Notes under the pieces: model-generated
The model's database searches: none
Told to the model about the DNA's origin: nothing
The model's input: only the letters and a program-made list of their open reading frames with translations
Shown here: positions 1-10,610 of the stretch, piece after piece
How the letters are laid out: every line of letters begins with the position of its first letter
Numbering within the stretch: position 1 is the stretch's first letter
DNA from: a bacterium
GTDB lineage: Bacteria; JAHJDO01
DNA: 64,000 bases
Reading direction: 5' to 3'
NCBI GenBank assembly: GCA_043824255.1
Contig: JBDRTG010000043.1
Location: 32,001-96,000, forward strand
Program-made: the position numbers and the translations under genes

Positions 1-1
1 C

Positions 2-121
2 ATGGCAGCAAATGCGGCATTTGGAGGACCCAGAATGGGACCTATTTTTGGAGGAATGCTGCTATCTGGTAAAAAAGCATCGGAGATGATAATAAAAAAA
101 TTTAAGAAGGGGAAAAGATGA
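2..121 (+). CDS. thi4: Thiazole synthase (Thi4 family), C-terminal end, 5'-truncated by the window
   Basis: Manual translation [26 protein letters not shown] contains the Thi4 PRMGPxFGxM motif; the stop overlaps the thiC start (ATGA). Confidence 0.88.
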   Translation: MAANAAFGGPRMGPIFGGMLLSGKKASEMIIKKFKKGKR

Positions 122-1377
122 CATTACTTGAGGCGGCAAAGAAGCATATCATTACAAAAGACATAAAAATAGTAGCTAAAAAAGAAGGAATAGACACAAA
201 TAGGTTAGTTCAAAGAATCGCTGCAGGAGAAATAGTTATTCCTAAAAGTAAAAAGCATAAATTTTCTCCAATAGGTATTGGGTCTGGTTTAATGGTAAAG
301 ATAAATGCAAATATAGGTACGTCTCCAAAGGATGCGGATATTAAAAAAGAGTTAAGGAAATTACGTGTTGCAATTAAGTCTGGCGCTGACGCAGTCATGG
401 ATTTAAGCACAGGAGGCGATCTAAATAAGATACGCAGGGCAATTATTAAAGAATCAAGTGTACCAGTGGGAACTGTCCCTGTTTATCAGGTAATGGTAGA
501 AAAAAAGCATATTGCTAGGATAAGCAAGAAAGATATATTAAACACGATTAGAATACACGGCGAGCAGGGAGTAGATTTTATAACTGTTCACTGCGGATTT
601 ACAAGAGACTGCATTCCTCTGTTGAAAAACAGGGTAACTGGCGTTGTGTCCAGGGGAGGAACTTTCATAATGAGATGGATGCAGTATCATTGCAGGGAAA
701 ATCCGCTATTTGAGTATTATGATGAGGTCTTAGACATAGCAAAAGAATATGATATGTGTCTGAGTCTTGGAGACGGACTGAGGCCCGGATGCATTGCAGA
801 TGCAACAGATAAAGCGCAGATAAAAGAACTTAAAAATCTCGGTATATTAGCTGAAAGAGCTCGAGAAAGAGGGGTTCAGGCAATGATAGAAGGCCCCGGG
901 CATATTCCATTGGATCAGATTGAGAAGAACATAAAGCTTCAGAAAAAATACTGCAAGAATGCGCCGTTTTATGTTCTTGGCCCGCTCGTAACAGATATTG
1001 CGCCGGGATACGACCATATAACATGCGCAATAGGAGGAACTCTTGCTGCATATTATGGGGCATCTTTTCTATGTTATGTTACTCCTGCAGAACACTTGAG
1101 TCTGCCGACAGAAGCGGATGTAAAAGAAGGCGTAATTGCCACAAAGATAGCTGCGCATGCAGCGGATGTGGCAAGGGGACATAAAAAAGCTTTGGACTGG
1201 GATAGGAGAATGTCTGTAAGCAGGAAGAAACTGGATTGGGAAGGCATGATAGCTCTGTCAATAGATCCTGAAAAAGCAAGAGAATATAGAAAACACAGCA
1301 GAATAGGTAAAGATGAAGAGTGCACAATGTGTGGAGAGTTTTGTGTAATGAAGGACTGGCAACGTGACAAAGCTTAG
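118..1377 (+). CDS. thiC: Phosphomethylpyrimidine synthase
   Basis: [36 protein letters not shown] and C-terminal CTMCGEFC Fe-S motif. Confidence 0.97.
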   Translation: MTLLEAAKKHIITKDIKIVAKKEGIDTNRLVQRIAAGEIVIPKSKKHKFSPIGIGSGLMVKINANIGTSPKDADIKKELRKLRVAIKSGADAVMDLSTGGDLNKIRRAIIKESSVPVGTVPVYQVMVEKKHIARISKKDILNTIRIHGEQGVDFITVHCGFTRDCIPLLKNRVTGVVSRGGTFIMRWMQYHCRENPLFEYYDEVLDIAKEYDMCLSLGDGLRPGCIADATDKAQIKELKNLGILAERARERGVQAMIEGPGHIPLDQIEKNIKLQKKYCKNAPFYVLGPLVTDIAPGYDHITCAIGGTLAAYYGASFLCYVTPAEHLSLPTEADVKEGVIATKIAAHAADVARGHKKALDWDRRMSVSRKKLDWEGMIALSIDPEKAREYRKHSRIGKDEECTMCGEFCVMKDWQRDKA

Positions 1378-2308
1378 CGGAGAGTTTGAGTTAATAAAAC
1401 ATATTGCTGATCGCGCAGTAAGAAAGGAAGTAATCTGCAGCATAGGAGATGATGCTGCTGTAATAAAATATGGTAACAAGTTCCTTTTATTAACAACAGA
1501 CACTATTGTTGAACATGACCATTTTTCTTTTTCCTATTTTACCCCTGAGCAGATTGGCATAAAAGCCATTGAAAGTAATTTTTCCGATATTGCTGCAATG
1601 GGAGGTGTGCCTTTGTATGTATTGGTCTCTCTTGTATTAAAATCTGATTCAACAATGCATATGGTTGAGGAAATATACAAGGGCATGAGAAAGAGGTGTA
1701 GAAAGTATAATGTCGATATAATTGGAGGAGATACTACGCACGGAGATGCGAATGTTATTACTATAACTTTGGTAGGTGAAACAGATAAAAAACATCTTTG
1801 TATGAGAAAAGATGCAAAGCCAGGAGACCTTGTATTCGTAACAGGACTTCTCGGCGCATCAACAGCAGGCTTGCATCTCTTCAGGAAGAGAATAAAGGGC
1901 TTTAAAAAAATTAAAGCATATCACACCACACCCAAATCAAGACTGGATGTATCATGGAAGATTGCAGGCTATGCTAATGCAATGGAGGATATAAGCGACG
2001 GACTTGCTTCCGAACTTAGAAATATCTCTGAGCAAAGCAAGTGCAGAGCTATTATATATGCAGATAAAGTTCCAATAGATAAGCAAACTCATATGGCTGC
2101 TCAGGCTTGTGAAGAAAGCGCCTTAGATTTTGCTCTATATGGAGGAGAGGATTTTGAGCTTGTTTATACTGTCTCAAAAGAAAGAAGTAAAACCGCATAC
2201 GGCTACTGTGTCGGCGAAATCACTAAGGGTAAGGGTATTTATCTAAAAAAAGACAATAGATTAACAAAACTTGCGAAGTTTGGATATGATCATTTCAAAA
2301 AGCAATAA
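1364..2308 (+). CDS. thiL: Thiamine-phosphate kinase
   Basis: GEFELI, IGDDAA, NFSDIAAMGG, IGGDTT, DISDGL, GGEDFEL. Confidence 0.95.
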   Translation: MTKLSGEFELIKHIADRAVRKEVICSIGDDAAVIKYGNKFLLLTTDTIVEHDHFSFSYFTPEQIGIKAIESNFSDIAAMGGVPLYVLVSLVLKSDSTMHMVEEIYKGMRKRCRKYNVDIIGGDTTHGDANVITITLVGETDKKHLCMRKDAKPGDLVFVTGLLGASTAGLHLFRKRIKGFKKIKAYHTTPKSRLDVSWKIAGYANAMEDISDGLASELRNISEQSKCRAIIYADKVPIDKQTHMAAQACEESALDFALYGGEDFELVYTVSKERSKTAYGYCVGEITKGKGIYLKKDNRLTKLAKFGYDHFKKQ

Positions 2309-3026
2309 TCCATTTAAAATAATTCCAGTTTCTATTTTACTGTCCTTATTGTTAATTAGAACTAGTTTCGCAGAAACTACCGGCTCAATATCAGGTACAA
2401 TAGAACCAAAAGAAAAAGTGGTCAGTATACACGCGTTAATTAGAGCAACAGGCCCTTTTAACAAAGATGATAAGAAAAATAGATACAAAGCCGATTTCAA
2501 TAAAACTACAGGCAGATTCTTCATAAAAAACATTCCTTCCGGAACATATGATATTTCTGTAATAACACATGATCTAGTCGTTGAGGGAGTGAATCTTAGA
2601 GTGGAGGGAAATGGAGTTCCCTTGAGCTTATTTGAGAAAAGGGCAATCAGGAAGAAAATAGAAGAGGAAAAAGACTTTTTCGATTCAAAAAAAGTGATAA
2701 TGTTTCAGGGAAATATCTATACTGCAAAAGTGCTTGTTGAAAAATACAGGGATAGAAGAACTTCCATGGGGAAGAATTTTGCGTTCAGGAGATTTGACAT
2801 TTATACGTTCAAGAATTTTGATGAGGATTGGAAACCGATCAAGAATGCAGATTTTGTTTTAAGAGAAGTAATAGATAAAAGCAAGCCAAATCAAGATATA
2901 AAAAGAGTATTTGCCCCGCAGCTTGGAGGAATTGTTGTTGAATCAGGGGAAAATACCACCATTTCTATTTATCACATCCCGAAATTGATTTGCCTTGAAA
3001 TTCAACCTAACTATTTGCTATATTGA
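2286..3026 (+). CDS. Exported protein with carboxypeptidase-regulatory-like beta-sandwich N-terminus
   Basis: Hydrophobic signal ending SFA-E, then TGSISGTI...GRFFIKNIPSGTYDI pattern; start uncertain. Confidence 0.55.
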   Translation: MIISKSNNPFKIIPVSILLSLLLIRTSFAETTGSISGTIEPKEKVVSIHALIRATGPFNKDDKKNRYKADFNKTTGRFFIKNIPSGTYDISVITHDLVVEGVNLRVEGNGVPLSLFEKRAIRKKIEEEKDFFDSKKVIMFQGNIYTAKVLVEKYRDRRTSMGKNFAFRRFDIYTFKNFDEDWKPIKNADFVLREVIDKSKPNQDIKRVFAPQLGGIVVESGENTTISIYHIPKLICLEIQPNYLLY

Positions 3027-3052
3027 ATGTAATTAATGGGAGGGGAATTGAT

Positions 3053-3625
3053 ATGATAGAGTTTTTTCGCAAAAGAACGGGTTTTACACTTATGGAGATG
3101 CTTGTTGTAATTGCAATAATAGCTATGCTTGCAGGCATGCTGCTTCCGGCTTTATCAAAGGCAAGGATAAGGGCAAGGGTTGCAAAAGCCAAGGCTGAAA
3201 TGCTGAATATAAGAGTTTCTATAGAGCAGTACTATGCAGATTATTCCACTTATCCGACAAATGATAATAAATTCAATTATGAGGCTGGCAAGTCAGCTGC
3301 AACGGAAGACTATGGGGCGCTTTATAAACTAAAGGTCGATACTAAAGCATACATGTCCAGTATTCCAAAAGACCCATTTGATAACTCAATCCCGTATATG
3401 TATTTTTCCAATGAGGATCGTATGGATGGTTCTGCTTTGTCCGATACAGCTACTGCGTGGGTTATGTTTAGCAGAGGGCCTGATAAGGAGACTACGGATG
3501 TAACTATAATTCTTCCTACTTGCAATGATGCCTATGACAGCTGTATTGAGGGTACTGGCTTTGAGAACGAATACTCTGCAGGAAATCCCACAAATGCTGG
3601 GAATGTATATTTAAGAGGGCCGTAA
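3053..3625 (+). CDS. Prepilin / GspG-like pseudopilin
   Basis: [17 protein letters not shown] cleavage and methylation motif, IPKDPF, SRGPD. Confidence 0.85.
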   Translation: MIEFFRKRTGFTLMEMLVVIAIIAMLAGMLLPALSKARIRARVAKAKAEMLNIRVSIEQYYADYSTYPTNDNKFNYEAGKSAATEDYGALYKLKVDTKAYMSSIPKDPFDNSIPYMYFSNEDRMDGSALSDTATAWVMFSRGPDKETTDVTIILPTCNDAYDSCIEGTGFENEYSAGNPTNAGNVYLRGP

Positions 3626-3628
3626 AGA

Positions 3629-4633
3629 TTGGGGAGAAAAATCTTAATCATCAAGCCCTCCTCAATGGGCGATATTATTCATGCTTTGCCAGTACTTGCA
3701 ACATTGAGAAAACACTATCCTAAAGCAGAAATCGCCTGGATTGTTAAAAACAAATTTTCTGATTTATTAGCAGGCAATCCTGATCTAACAGATGTCATTC
3801 CATTTGATAGCAATAGTTTTTTGCAATTAATCAACACACTGCGCAAAAGAGATTTTGATGTTGCGCTGGACCTTCAAGGACTATTCAGAAGCGGAATTTT
3901 AGCTTACTTAAGCAAGGCAAGCCATAGGATCGGTTTCAGTAAGATTAACAGTCGCGAATTAAGCTATATATTCTATAATCATAAGGTAACCCCGCCTCAA
4001 AAGGCTGTTCATGTAGTGGATAAAAACCTGAGCTTACTTGAATCGCTGGGTATATCTGAATATATATATGATTTTAAAATCCCAATATCTATACAGGATT
4101 TAAGATTTGCAAAGGAATTTTTTGCATCAAGAAAACTTGTTCCTGAGAGGAATAAAATCATTATGCTAAACCCTGGCGCTGGATGGCCAACAAAGCGCTG
4201 GCCCTCTGAAAAATTCATCCGCCTTGCAGATAAATTAACAGAGCATATTAATACAAAAGTAATTATGTCATGGGGCCCTCAAGAAAAAGAGATAATAGAA
4301 AACATTAAAAGCAACGAGAACAACAGAATTACAATAATGCCTCAATCTACTATAAAACAACTTGCGGCAATAATTAAGAGCTGTGATCTTTTTGTTGGCT
4401 CGGATACAGGCCCTACCCACCTTGCAGCTGCATTAGAAATTCCTGTTGTTGGCCTATATGGTCCGTCAGACCCTAAAAGAAATGGCTCGTATGGAACAAA
4501 GAATATTATTATTCAGAAAGATATACCATGTGTCTCATGCTGGAAGAGAGAATGTGATAAAATTGATTGCATGAAGAATATATCCGTTGACGAGGTTTTT
4601 GAAGCATGTATAAAACTACCCGTGACGAAATAA
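3629..4633 (+). CDS. LPS heptosyltransferase (GT9, WaaC/WaaF-like)
   Basis: KILIIKPSSMGDIIH, DLQGLFRS, KRWP, DTGPTHLAAA; TTG start. Confidence 0.9.
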   Translation: MGRKILIIKPSSMGDIIHALPVLATLRKHYPKAEIAWIVKNKFSDLLAGNPDLTDVIPFDSNSFLQLINTLRKRDFDVALDLQGLFRSGILAYLSKASHRIGFSKINSRELSYIFYNHKVTPPQKAVHVVDKNLSLLESLGISEYIYDFKIPISIQDLRFAKEFFASRKLVPERNKIIMLNPGAGWPTKRWPSEKFIRLADKLTEHINTKVIMSWGPQEKEIIENIKSNENNRITIMPQSTIKQLAAIIKSCDLFVGSDTGPTHLAAALEIPVVGLYGPSDPKRNGSYGTKNIIIQKDIPCVSCWKRECDKIDCMKNISVDEVFEACIKLPVTK

Positions 4634-4635
4634 AA

Positions 4636-5865
4636 ATGAACAGCTCAAAAATATCCATTATATGTGACAGAATTATTGAGTACAGCATACTCCTTTTAGT
4701 TTTTATTATGCCATTTAGACATACTGCATCTATTGAATCAATCGCTCTTCTTATCCCTCTCATTGCATGGATAGTGAAGCTAAAATATGTTCCTGATGCG
4801 CATTTTATAAAAACACCTCTGAATTTCCCTATTATGTATTGGGGAATTGTTGTTGTGTTAGCCTCCGTCAGTTCCATAGCTCAAACGTATAGTTTCTATG
4901 AATTCAGGTCGCAGTTTTTGAAACAAATTATTCTATTTTTTATTGTAATAAATAATATAAAGACCAAAAAACAGATACTGAAAATAGTATACATATTAGC
5001 TATTTCAGCATGTGTCTTTTCTATATATGGCATATGCGGTTATTTCAATAACACATTAACAGAGTATGGAAGAGCTATAGGCGCCTTTGGCAGCTATAGC
5101 CGTTCAGCAATGTATTGTATACTTGTTATCCCTTTAATTCTGATAGTGTTTTTCCATACTAAAAACAAATACATAAAACTGGTTTTGATTTTATCTGCTT
5201 TCTTAACAGGCATATTATTAGTGTTAACTTTCACCCGCGGGCCATGGGCAATATTATTTGTTATTCTCTCAATATTACTGTTCAAAAAAAGCAAGAAGAT
5301 GTTAATAGCCTTTTTAGCAGCATTACTGCTTTTGGGCCTTTTTTATGGCCCGGTTACTGAAAGAGTAAAGTTTACATTTGAGGTTAAAGAAGGTATTAAC
5401 CGAGCGTTATCCGGACGCTTAACATTATGGCACAACAGTCTTCAGATTATAAAAAAACACCCTGTGCTGGGTGTGGGATATGGGCCAAATATATTTAGAA
5501 AAATGTATCTACATCCAGAATATAAATTCTATATTACTGATCCTCATGGCAATTTCCAGCAATCAGATGCACACAATCTCTATTTGCAGATCCCTGTAGA
5601 GACCGGGATAGTGGGACTTGTAGTCTTTATGTATCTTTTGACAAGATATATAAAATGTGCCTGCAAGTCATACATACATACAGAAGACTATTTTAAAAAG
5701 GATATATTATTCACAATTCTTTTGACAATTATTGGGTTTTTAGTTTGCAGTATTTCCGGATACTTTTATGAAGATAGAATAGGGCTTATGTTTTGGTTGT
5801 ACCTGGGGATATCCATAGGCATAGGTAAAGGGATAGAAACTAATGAAAAAGAAAAACACGCCTAG
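4636..5865 (+). CDS. O-antigen ligase family membrane protein
   Basis: Many TM segments, TFTRG, RLTLW...HPVLGVG, AHNLYLQ...ETGIVG. Confidence 0.85.
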   Translation: MNSSKISIICDRIIEYSILLLVFIMPFRHTASIESIALLIPLIAWIVKLKYVPDAHFIKTPLNFPIMYWGIVVVLASVSSIAQTYSFYEFRSQFLKQIILFFIVINNIKTKKQILKIVYILAISACVFSIYGICGYFNNTLTEYGRAIGAFGSYSRSAMYCILVIPLILIVFFHTKNKYIKLVLILSAFLTGILLVLTFTRGPWAILFVILSILLFKKSKKMLIAFLAALLLLGLFYGPVTERVKFTFEVKEGINRALSGRLTLWHNSLQIIKKHPVLGVGYGPNIFRKMYLHPEYKFYITDPHGNFQQSDAHNLYLQIPVETGIVGLVVFMYLLTRYIKCACKSYIHTEDYFKKDILFTILLTIIGFLVCSISGYFYEDRIGLMFWLYLGISIGIGKGIETNEKEKHA

Positions 5866-6898
5866 CAGAATTGTATTCTTCCCAAAGGGCGATTATAACA
5901 TACCAAGCACAAGATACAGATGTATGCTTTTTGCCAGGGAATTGGAAAAGTATGGATTTTCTACTTCTATAATGTCTCCTCGTCCAATACTCAAAAAAAA
6001 TATATGTATTGAACGATACAGAGAAGCAATGAAGACCATAAGAGAATTGAACCAAAATCGCAAAGATGCTATTATTTACGCACAAAGAACTGTCTATCAG
6101 TCAGACTTTATAAGATTTCTATGGGTATATAAAAAACTATTTAATATAAGTGTAGTCTTTGATTTTGATGATGCAATATTCTTAAGGCGTAAGAAGCGCA
6201 CAAATCGCATGTTAAAGATTTCAGATGTTATTATTGTTGGGAGCCACTTTCTTGCTGAGTATGCCCAAAAATACAATGATAATGTTTACATTGTGTCAAC
6301 AGCTATTGATACAGATAAATTTAAGCCTGCATACCTGGAGAAAAAAGCTGAATTTAAAATAGGATGGGTTGGGGATGGAAAGACATATCAGGATGACCTC
6401 ATAATGCTGAAGAAGCCGTTAATATCTCTTGCAAGAACCCATAATATAATGTTTGAGATAATAGGCACCAAAGATTGCCATAAACTAAAGGAAGTTTATG
6501 GAGAATGTGAACATTTAAAAGTTGAGATGATCGACTGGATGGAACCTGATGAGATACCCTCTAAATTGACAACACTTGATGTAGGAGTGTACCCTTTACT
6601 GGATAATGAGTGGAATAAGGGGAAATGCGGCCTTAAAGCCCTGGAGTATATGTCCACAGGTATTGCTGCCGTATGTAGTAATATAGGTGAAAATAAGTAT
6701 TTTATAAAAGACGGAAAAGATGGACTTCTGGCAAGAACACCTGATGAATGGGAAACCAAACTCAGAGTTTTAATTGAGAACACCCAACTTAAGGAACAAA
6801 TAGCTCTGAATGGAAGAAAAACTGTTGAAGAAAGATACTCTATACATGTTGCTGGAGAAAAACTTGCAGAAATATTAAAAAACAAATTCTGGAATTAA
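5843..6898 (+). CDS. Glycosyltransferase family 4
   Basis: PSTRYR, FDFDDA, IGWVG, GKCGLKALEYM. Confidence 0.85.
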   Translation: MKKKNTPSRIVFFPKGDYNIPSTRYRCMLFARELEKYGFSTSIMSPRPILKKNICIERYREAMKTIRELNQNRKDAIIYAQRTVYQSDFIRFLWVYKKLFNISVVFDFDDAIFLRRKKRTNRMLKISDVIIVGSHFLAEYAQKYNDNVYIVSTAIDTDKFKPAYLEKKAEFKIGWVGDGKTYQDDLIMLKKPLISLARTHNIMFEIIGTKDCHKLKEVYGECEHLKVEMIDWMEPDEIPSKLTTLDVGVYPLLDNEWNKGKCGLKALEYMSTGIAAVCSNIGENKYFIKDGKDGLLARTPDEWETKLRVLIENTQLKEQIALNGRKTVEERYSIHVAGEKLAEILKNKFWN

Positions 6899-6920
6899 GA
6901 ATAGCATGGAGGAATAACCT

Positions 6921-7640
6921 ATGAGTAGAATACCAATCCTTTTCTATCATAAAATTAATTATCCCAATCCTGAATCTATGGAACAGTGTTTGTATGTAAC
7001 ACCAAAAGCTTTTGAAAAACAGATGAATCTTCTTAAAAAATGGAACTATATGCCTGTTTCCCTTGATGAGGTCATTGCGAGCACTAAAAGAAATAAAGAG
7101 TTTCCTCAAAAACCTGTTGTAATAACCTTTGATGATGGCTATCTTGACAATTATACATACGCATTTCCCATTATGAAAAATCTGGGATTTACAGGTACGG
7201 TTTTCTTAACAACAGATGTAATTGGCAAAACTATGGCTTTTGATGAAAGCAAAGAAAAGGTTCCGGAGAAATTTATGTCATGGGAAGATGCAAAGAAGAT
7301 GCAGGCATTTGGATTTAGTTTCGGGTCTCATTCATGTACCCACAAACGCATGACTAAATTAATAGATGAGGAGGCATGGGACGAAATAACAAAATCAAAA
7401 CAAATTATTGAAGAGAATCTGTCCCAGCCAGTAAAATACTTTTGCTATCCATACGGAGATTACAATGAAAACACAAAGAATTTTCTTGCTCAAGCCGGGT
7501 ACAAAGGAGCATGCACAACAAAAAGAGGTATGAATCATACATCTGAGACCGTATTTGAGCTGCGAAGAATACCTGTAAAGAAAAATACAAATATACTGAA
7601 ATTTGTTTTCTCTATTACGTTTAAGTACATAAATAAATAA
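6921..7640 (+). CDS. Polysaccharide deacetylase (CE4)
   Basis: PILFYH, ITFDDGY, GSHSCTH, FCYPYG. Confidence 0.92.
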   Translation: MSRIPILFYHKINYPNPESMEQCLYVTPKAFEKQMNLLKKWNYMPVSLDEVIASTKRNKEFPQKPVVITFDDGYLDNYTYAFPIMKNLGFTGTVFLTTDVIGKTMAFDESKEKVPEKFMSWEDAKKMQAFGFSFGSHSCTHKRMTKLIDEEAWDEITKSKQIIEENLSQPVKYFCYPYGDYNENTKNFLAQAGYKGACTTKRGMNHTSETVFELRRIPVKKNTNILKFVFSITFKYINK

Positions 7641-7659
7641 ACCACAAGAAAGAATCGGA

Positions 7660-9243
7660 ATGCCCAAATTTAAGAAATCTCTTTATATCGTATTTTCCGT
7701 CTTCATTATCCTATTTATATGTTATAAGCTTCTCAGTATAGTCGGCGGTTTATATGTTAAGAAAAAGATTGAAACCTTTTCTAAACACAATATCTCTATA
7801 GGCAATTTATCTTTAAAGACAGGACTTAATAGGGTAACTTTTCAGCTTAGGGACATTAATGCGAAAGCATCCAAACAATTCTCAGATAACGAGAATAACA
7901 GTTTTGCCAATATATATGCGAAGAATGCAGATCTTGATTTTGAGCTAAAACCTTTATTTAAACGACAAATTGTATGTGAAAAGATCAGCATATTGGAACC
8001 CAGAGTCAGGATCAAAACCCCTATAGGGAAAGGGCACGAAAATATTCTGGGCTTTCGGGATTTATTCGGAGGATCCATCGCAGGCTTTCGCAACACAGCA
8101 GTATTCAAAAAATTGGAGATTAAGAAAGGAACGCTGGAATACTTAAAAAGCCCGGAGGTATCGCTGAGGAATTTTTCCCTGTTATCAAACAATCTTTCTC
8201 TAAAAGAGCCATTCTCGTTTTTTATAAAGGGAAGAATTTGTTCTGGCAAGGGCAAGACAGATCTTACAGTCTCGGGGGAAATCCTAAATATTCCAAAGCC
8301 ATTTGATTTTTCAGGAATAAAGATGACTTCGCTTATCAAGCTCTCTTCTCCATCTATTGATGTTAAAGCCGATCTTTTGTTTGGAAAAAGCTACTGTAAG
8401 ATTAAAATAAGAAATGCTGTTTATAAGGATATAAAAGTTATAACTCCTCATAATCCCTTGTACATAAAAGACAGGGTATTGCATATCCATGGGGTAAATT
8501 TGAAAGTGATAGATGGACTGACAGAGATTGCAGGAGACATCAAGCTTTTCTCTGAGAAAGGTATAGAATTTGATCTAAAGCACAAGATATCTGATGTTGA
8601 TATAGGAAAGCTGGCTTCAAAGTTTGGTATTAAAAACCTTACATTTAGTGGAGTGCTGGACTGCGAAGGTAATATAAGAAGCCGTGGCAAGTCTATTGAT
8701 GAAATAAAAAAGAACCTGAACGGAAGCTTAGATATAATATTAAATAATGGGTATTTAGCTAAACAACATATATTCGTTAGAATGTTCACTCTTATTAATA
8801 TGTATGATGTAATAAAATTAAGACTGCCTAAAATGGATGAGGAGGGAATAAAATATAGTACAGCCACGGCTAAAGCAGTAATAGATTCTGGAGTAATTAA
8901 TGTAAAAAGTTTGTATATAGACGGTGAGAGAATGAGAATTTCAGGCAAAGGCGATATTGATCTGGTTAAAATGACAACAGATATGATTTTTGGAATTGAG
9001 CTGATGCAGATTGTTGATGAGGTGTTGAATAAAATACCAATTGTGGGTTATATTATAACAGGAGAGGATGGGAACTTACTTGCTTTCTATGTCAGATTAA
9101 AAAGAAGTAAAGGCGGACATTTAAAGGCAACAGTTGTTCCGCATGAATTACTGGAAGACATGACATTAGGATTGTTTCAGCGATTGTTAAATTTGCCGTT
9201 AAAGATGATGACTCCTATTATGGAATATATAAAGACAAAGTAA
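7660..9243 (+). CDS. AsmA family protein
   Basis: N-terminal TM, beta-rich body, C-terminal LNKIPIVGYI motif. Confidence 0.7.
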   Translation: MPKFKKSLYIVFSVFIILFICYKLLSIVGGLYVKKKIETFSKHNISIGNLSLKTGLNRVTFQLRDINAKASKQFSDNENNSFANIYAKNADLDFELKPLFKRQIVCEKISILEPRVRIKTPIGKGHENILGFRDLFGGSIAGFRNTAVFKKLEIKKGTLEYLKSPEVSLRNFSLLSNNLSLKEPFSFFIKGRICSGKGKTDLTVSGEILNIPKPFDFSGIKMTSLIKLSSPSIDVKADLLFGKSYCKIKIRNAVYKDIKVITPHNPLYIKDRVLHIHGVNLKVIDGLTEIAGDIKLFSEKGIEFDLKHKISDVDIGKLASKFGIKNLTFSGVLDCEGNIRSRGKSIDEIKKNLNGSLDIILNNGYLAKQHIFVRMFTLINMYDVIKLRLPKMDEEGIKYSTATAKAVIDSGVINVKSLYIDGERMRISGKGDIDLVKMTTDMIFGIELMQIVDEVLNKIPIVGYIITGEDGNLLAFYVRLKRSKGGHLKATVVPHELLEDMTLGLFQRLLNLPLKMMTPIMEYIKTK

Positions 9244-10610
9244 TGCTAAAAATAGAAAATAGAATAATACAGAGTATTTTTAGAATCTTCAGCCAGGCAG
9301 GGAAATCCATATATCTCGTTGGAGGCTCAGTGCGCGATCTATTAATGGGAAAGCCTCTCAACGATTACGATTTTGCTACCTCTGCAACACCTTCTGAAAT
9401 TATCAAAATTCTAAGAAATAGCAGGATAAAAACATATCCTGTTGGCATAAATTTTGGGACAGTTGGCGCATTCATAGACAAAGTTGAATTGCATATTACA
9501 ACCTTCAGGAAAAAAGAGATATACAGAGGTTTTAGCAGAAAACCAGATGTTGATTTTGGCATCAATATAATGGAGGACTTAGCGCGCAGAGATTTTACAA
9601 TAAACGCAATGGGGATAGGTGCTGACTTAGAAATAATTGACCCCTTTAAAGGAAGGGAAGATTTAGAGCAAAAATTAATCAGAACACCTAAAAATCCGGA
9701 CATTGCGTTTGAAGATGATTCGCTGAGGATACTAAGAGCATTAAGGTTTCAATCTCAATTAGGATTTGAGATTGAAAAAAATACTCGCGCATCATTGAAA
9801 AAGAATGCATACAGGTTGCTGAATCTTTCAAGTGAGAGAATAAGAGATGAGATGACTAAGCTATTACTTGGCAGTTATGTGGAAGTAGCATTGAAAAATC
9901 TGATGCAGGAAGAAATAATCAACTATTTTTTACCAGAACTTGTTCCTCTGAAGAACCTGCATGAAGATAGCCAGCTTCATCATAAAGATGTATGGATGCA
10001 TACAGTAAAAGTTGTTAAAAATTGTCCTTTAGATGAGAAAATCAGATGGACTGCACTGCTTCACGACATAGCGAAACCATATGTTAGAACAATAGATGAG
10101 AAAAATGTGCATTTTTATAGACATGAAGATTTAGGCGCTAAGATGGCCTGGGGAATCCTCACAAGACTCAGGTTCTCCAATCAGGATCGCAAGCACATAT
10201 GCTTTTTAATCAGTAAGCATATGCGGGCAAATCTTTATACTTCTCTATGGACAGACACTGCAGTGAGACGGTTTGCAACCAAGATGGGGGATAAGCTCTC
10301 AGATGTTCTCAGTATTTCCAAGGCAGATATAACATCATACAGGAAGGAGAGAGTTTCTAAAAAGCTGCAAGAATTATCTGAGCTTGAACAGAGATGTGAG
10401 GAGCTGATTTCAGCAAAAGAATCTAAATTTCCAATCACTGGAGACGAGTTAATGGATAAATTTAATCTTCCCCCATCTCATTTAATAGGAAAAATGAAAA
10501 ACAAGATACTTGAAGCTATTACAAACGAGAGCCTGCCAGAGAATAGTGAGAATAAAGAGATATATTTTGAATACATTAAGAAGGCATTTAAGAAGGAACT
10601 TGGGATATAA
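9243..10610 (+). CDS. CCA tRNA nucleotidyltransferase / poly(A) polymerase family with HD domain
   Basis: VGGSVRD..DYDFAT, DLARRDFTINAM, DSLRILRALRF, LLHDIAKP. Confidence 0.92.
   Translation: MLKIENRIIQSIFRIFSQAGKSIYLVGGSVRDLLMGKPLNDYDFATSATPSEIIKILRNSRIKTYPVGINFGTVGAFIDKVELHITTFRKKEIYRGFSRKPDVDFGINIMEDLARRDFTINAMGIGADLEIIDPFKGREDLEQKLIRTPKNPDIAFEDDSLRILRALRFQSQLGFEIEKNTRASLKKNAYRLLNLSSERIRDEMTKLLLGSYVEVALKNLMQEEIINYFLPELVPLKNLHEDSQLHHKDVWMHTVKVVKNCPLDEKIRWTALLHDIAKPYVRTIDEKNVHFYRHEDLGAKMAWGILTRLRFSNQDRKHICFLISKHMRANLYTSLWTDTAVRRFATKMGDKLSDVLSISKADITSYRKERVSKKLQELSELEQRCEELISAKESKFPITGDELMDKFNLPPSHLIGKMKNKILEAITNESLPENSENKEIYFEYIKKAFKKELGI

Noticed and set aside
9243..10610. Defence-type nucleotidyltransferase (CBASS-like)
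   Set aside because: Motifs are those of an ordinary class II CCA/poly(A) polymerase with an HD domain, and no effector is adjacent.
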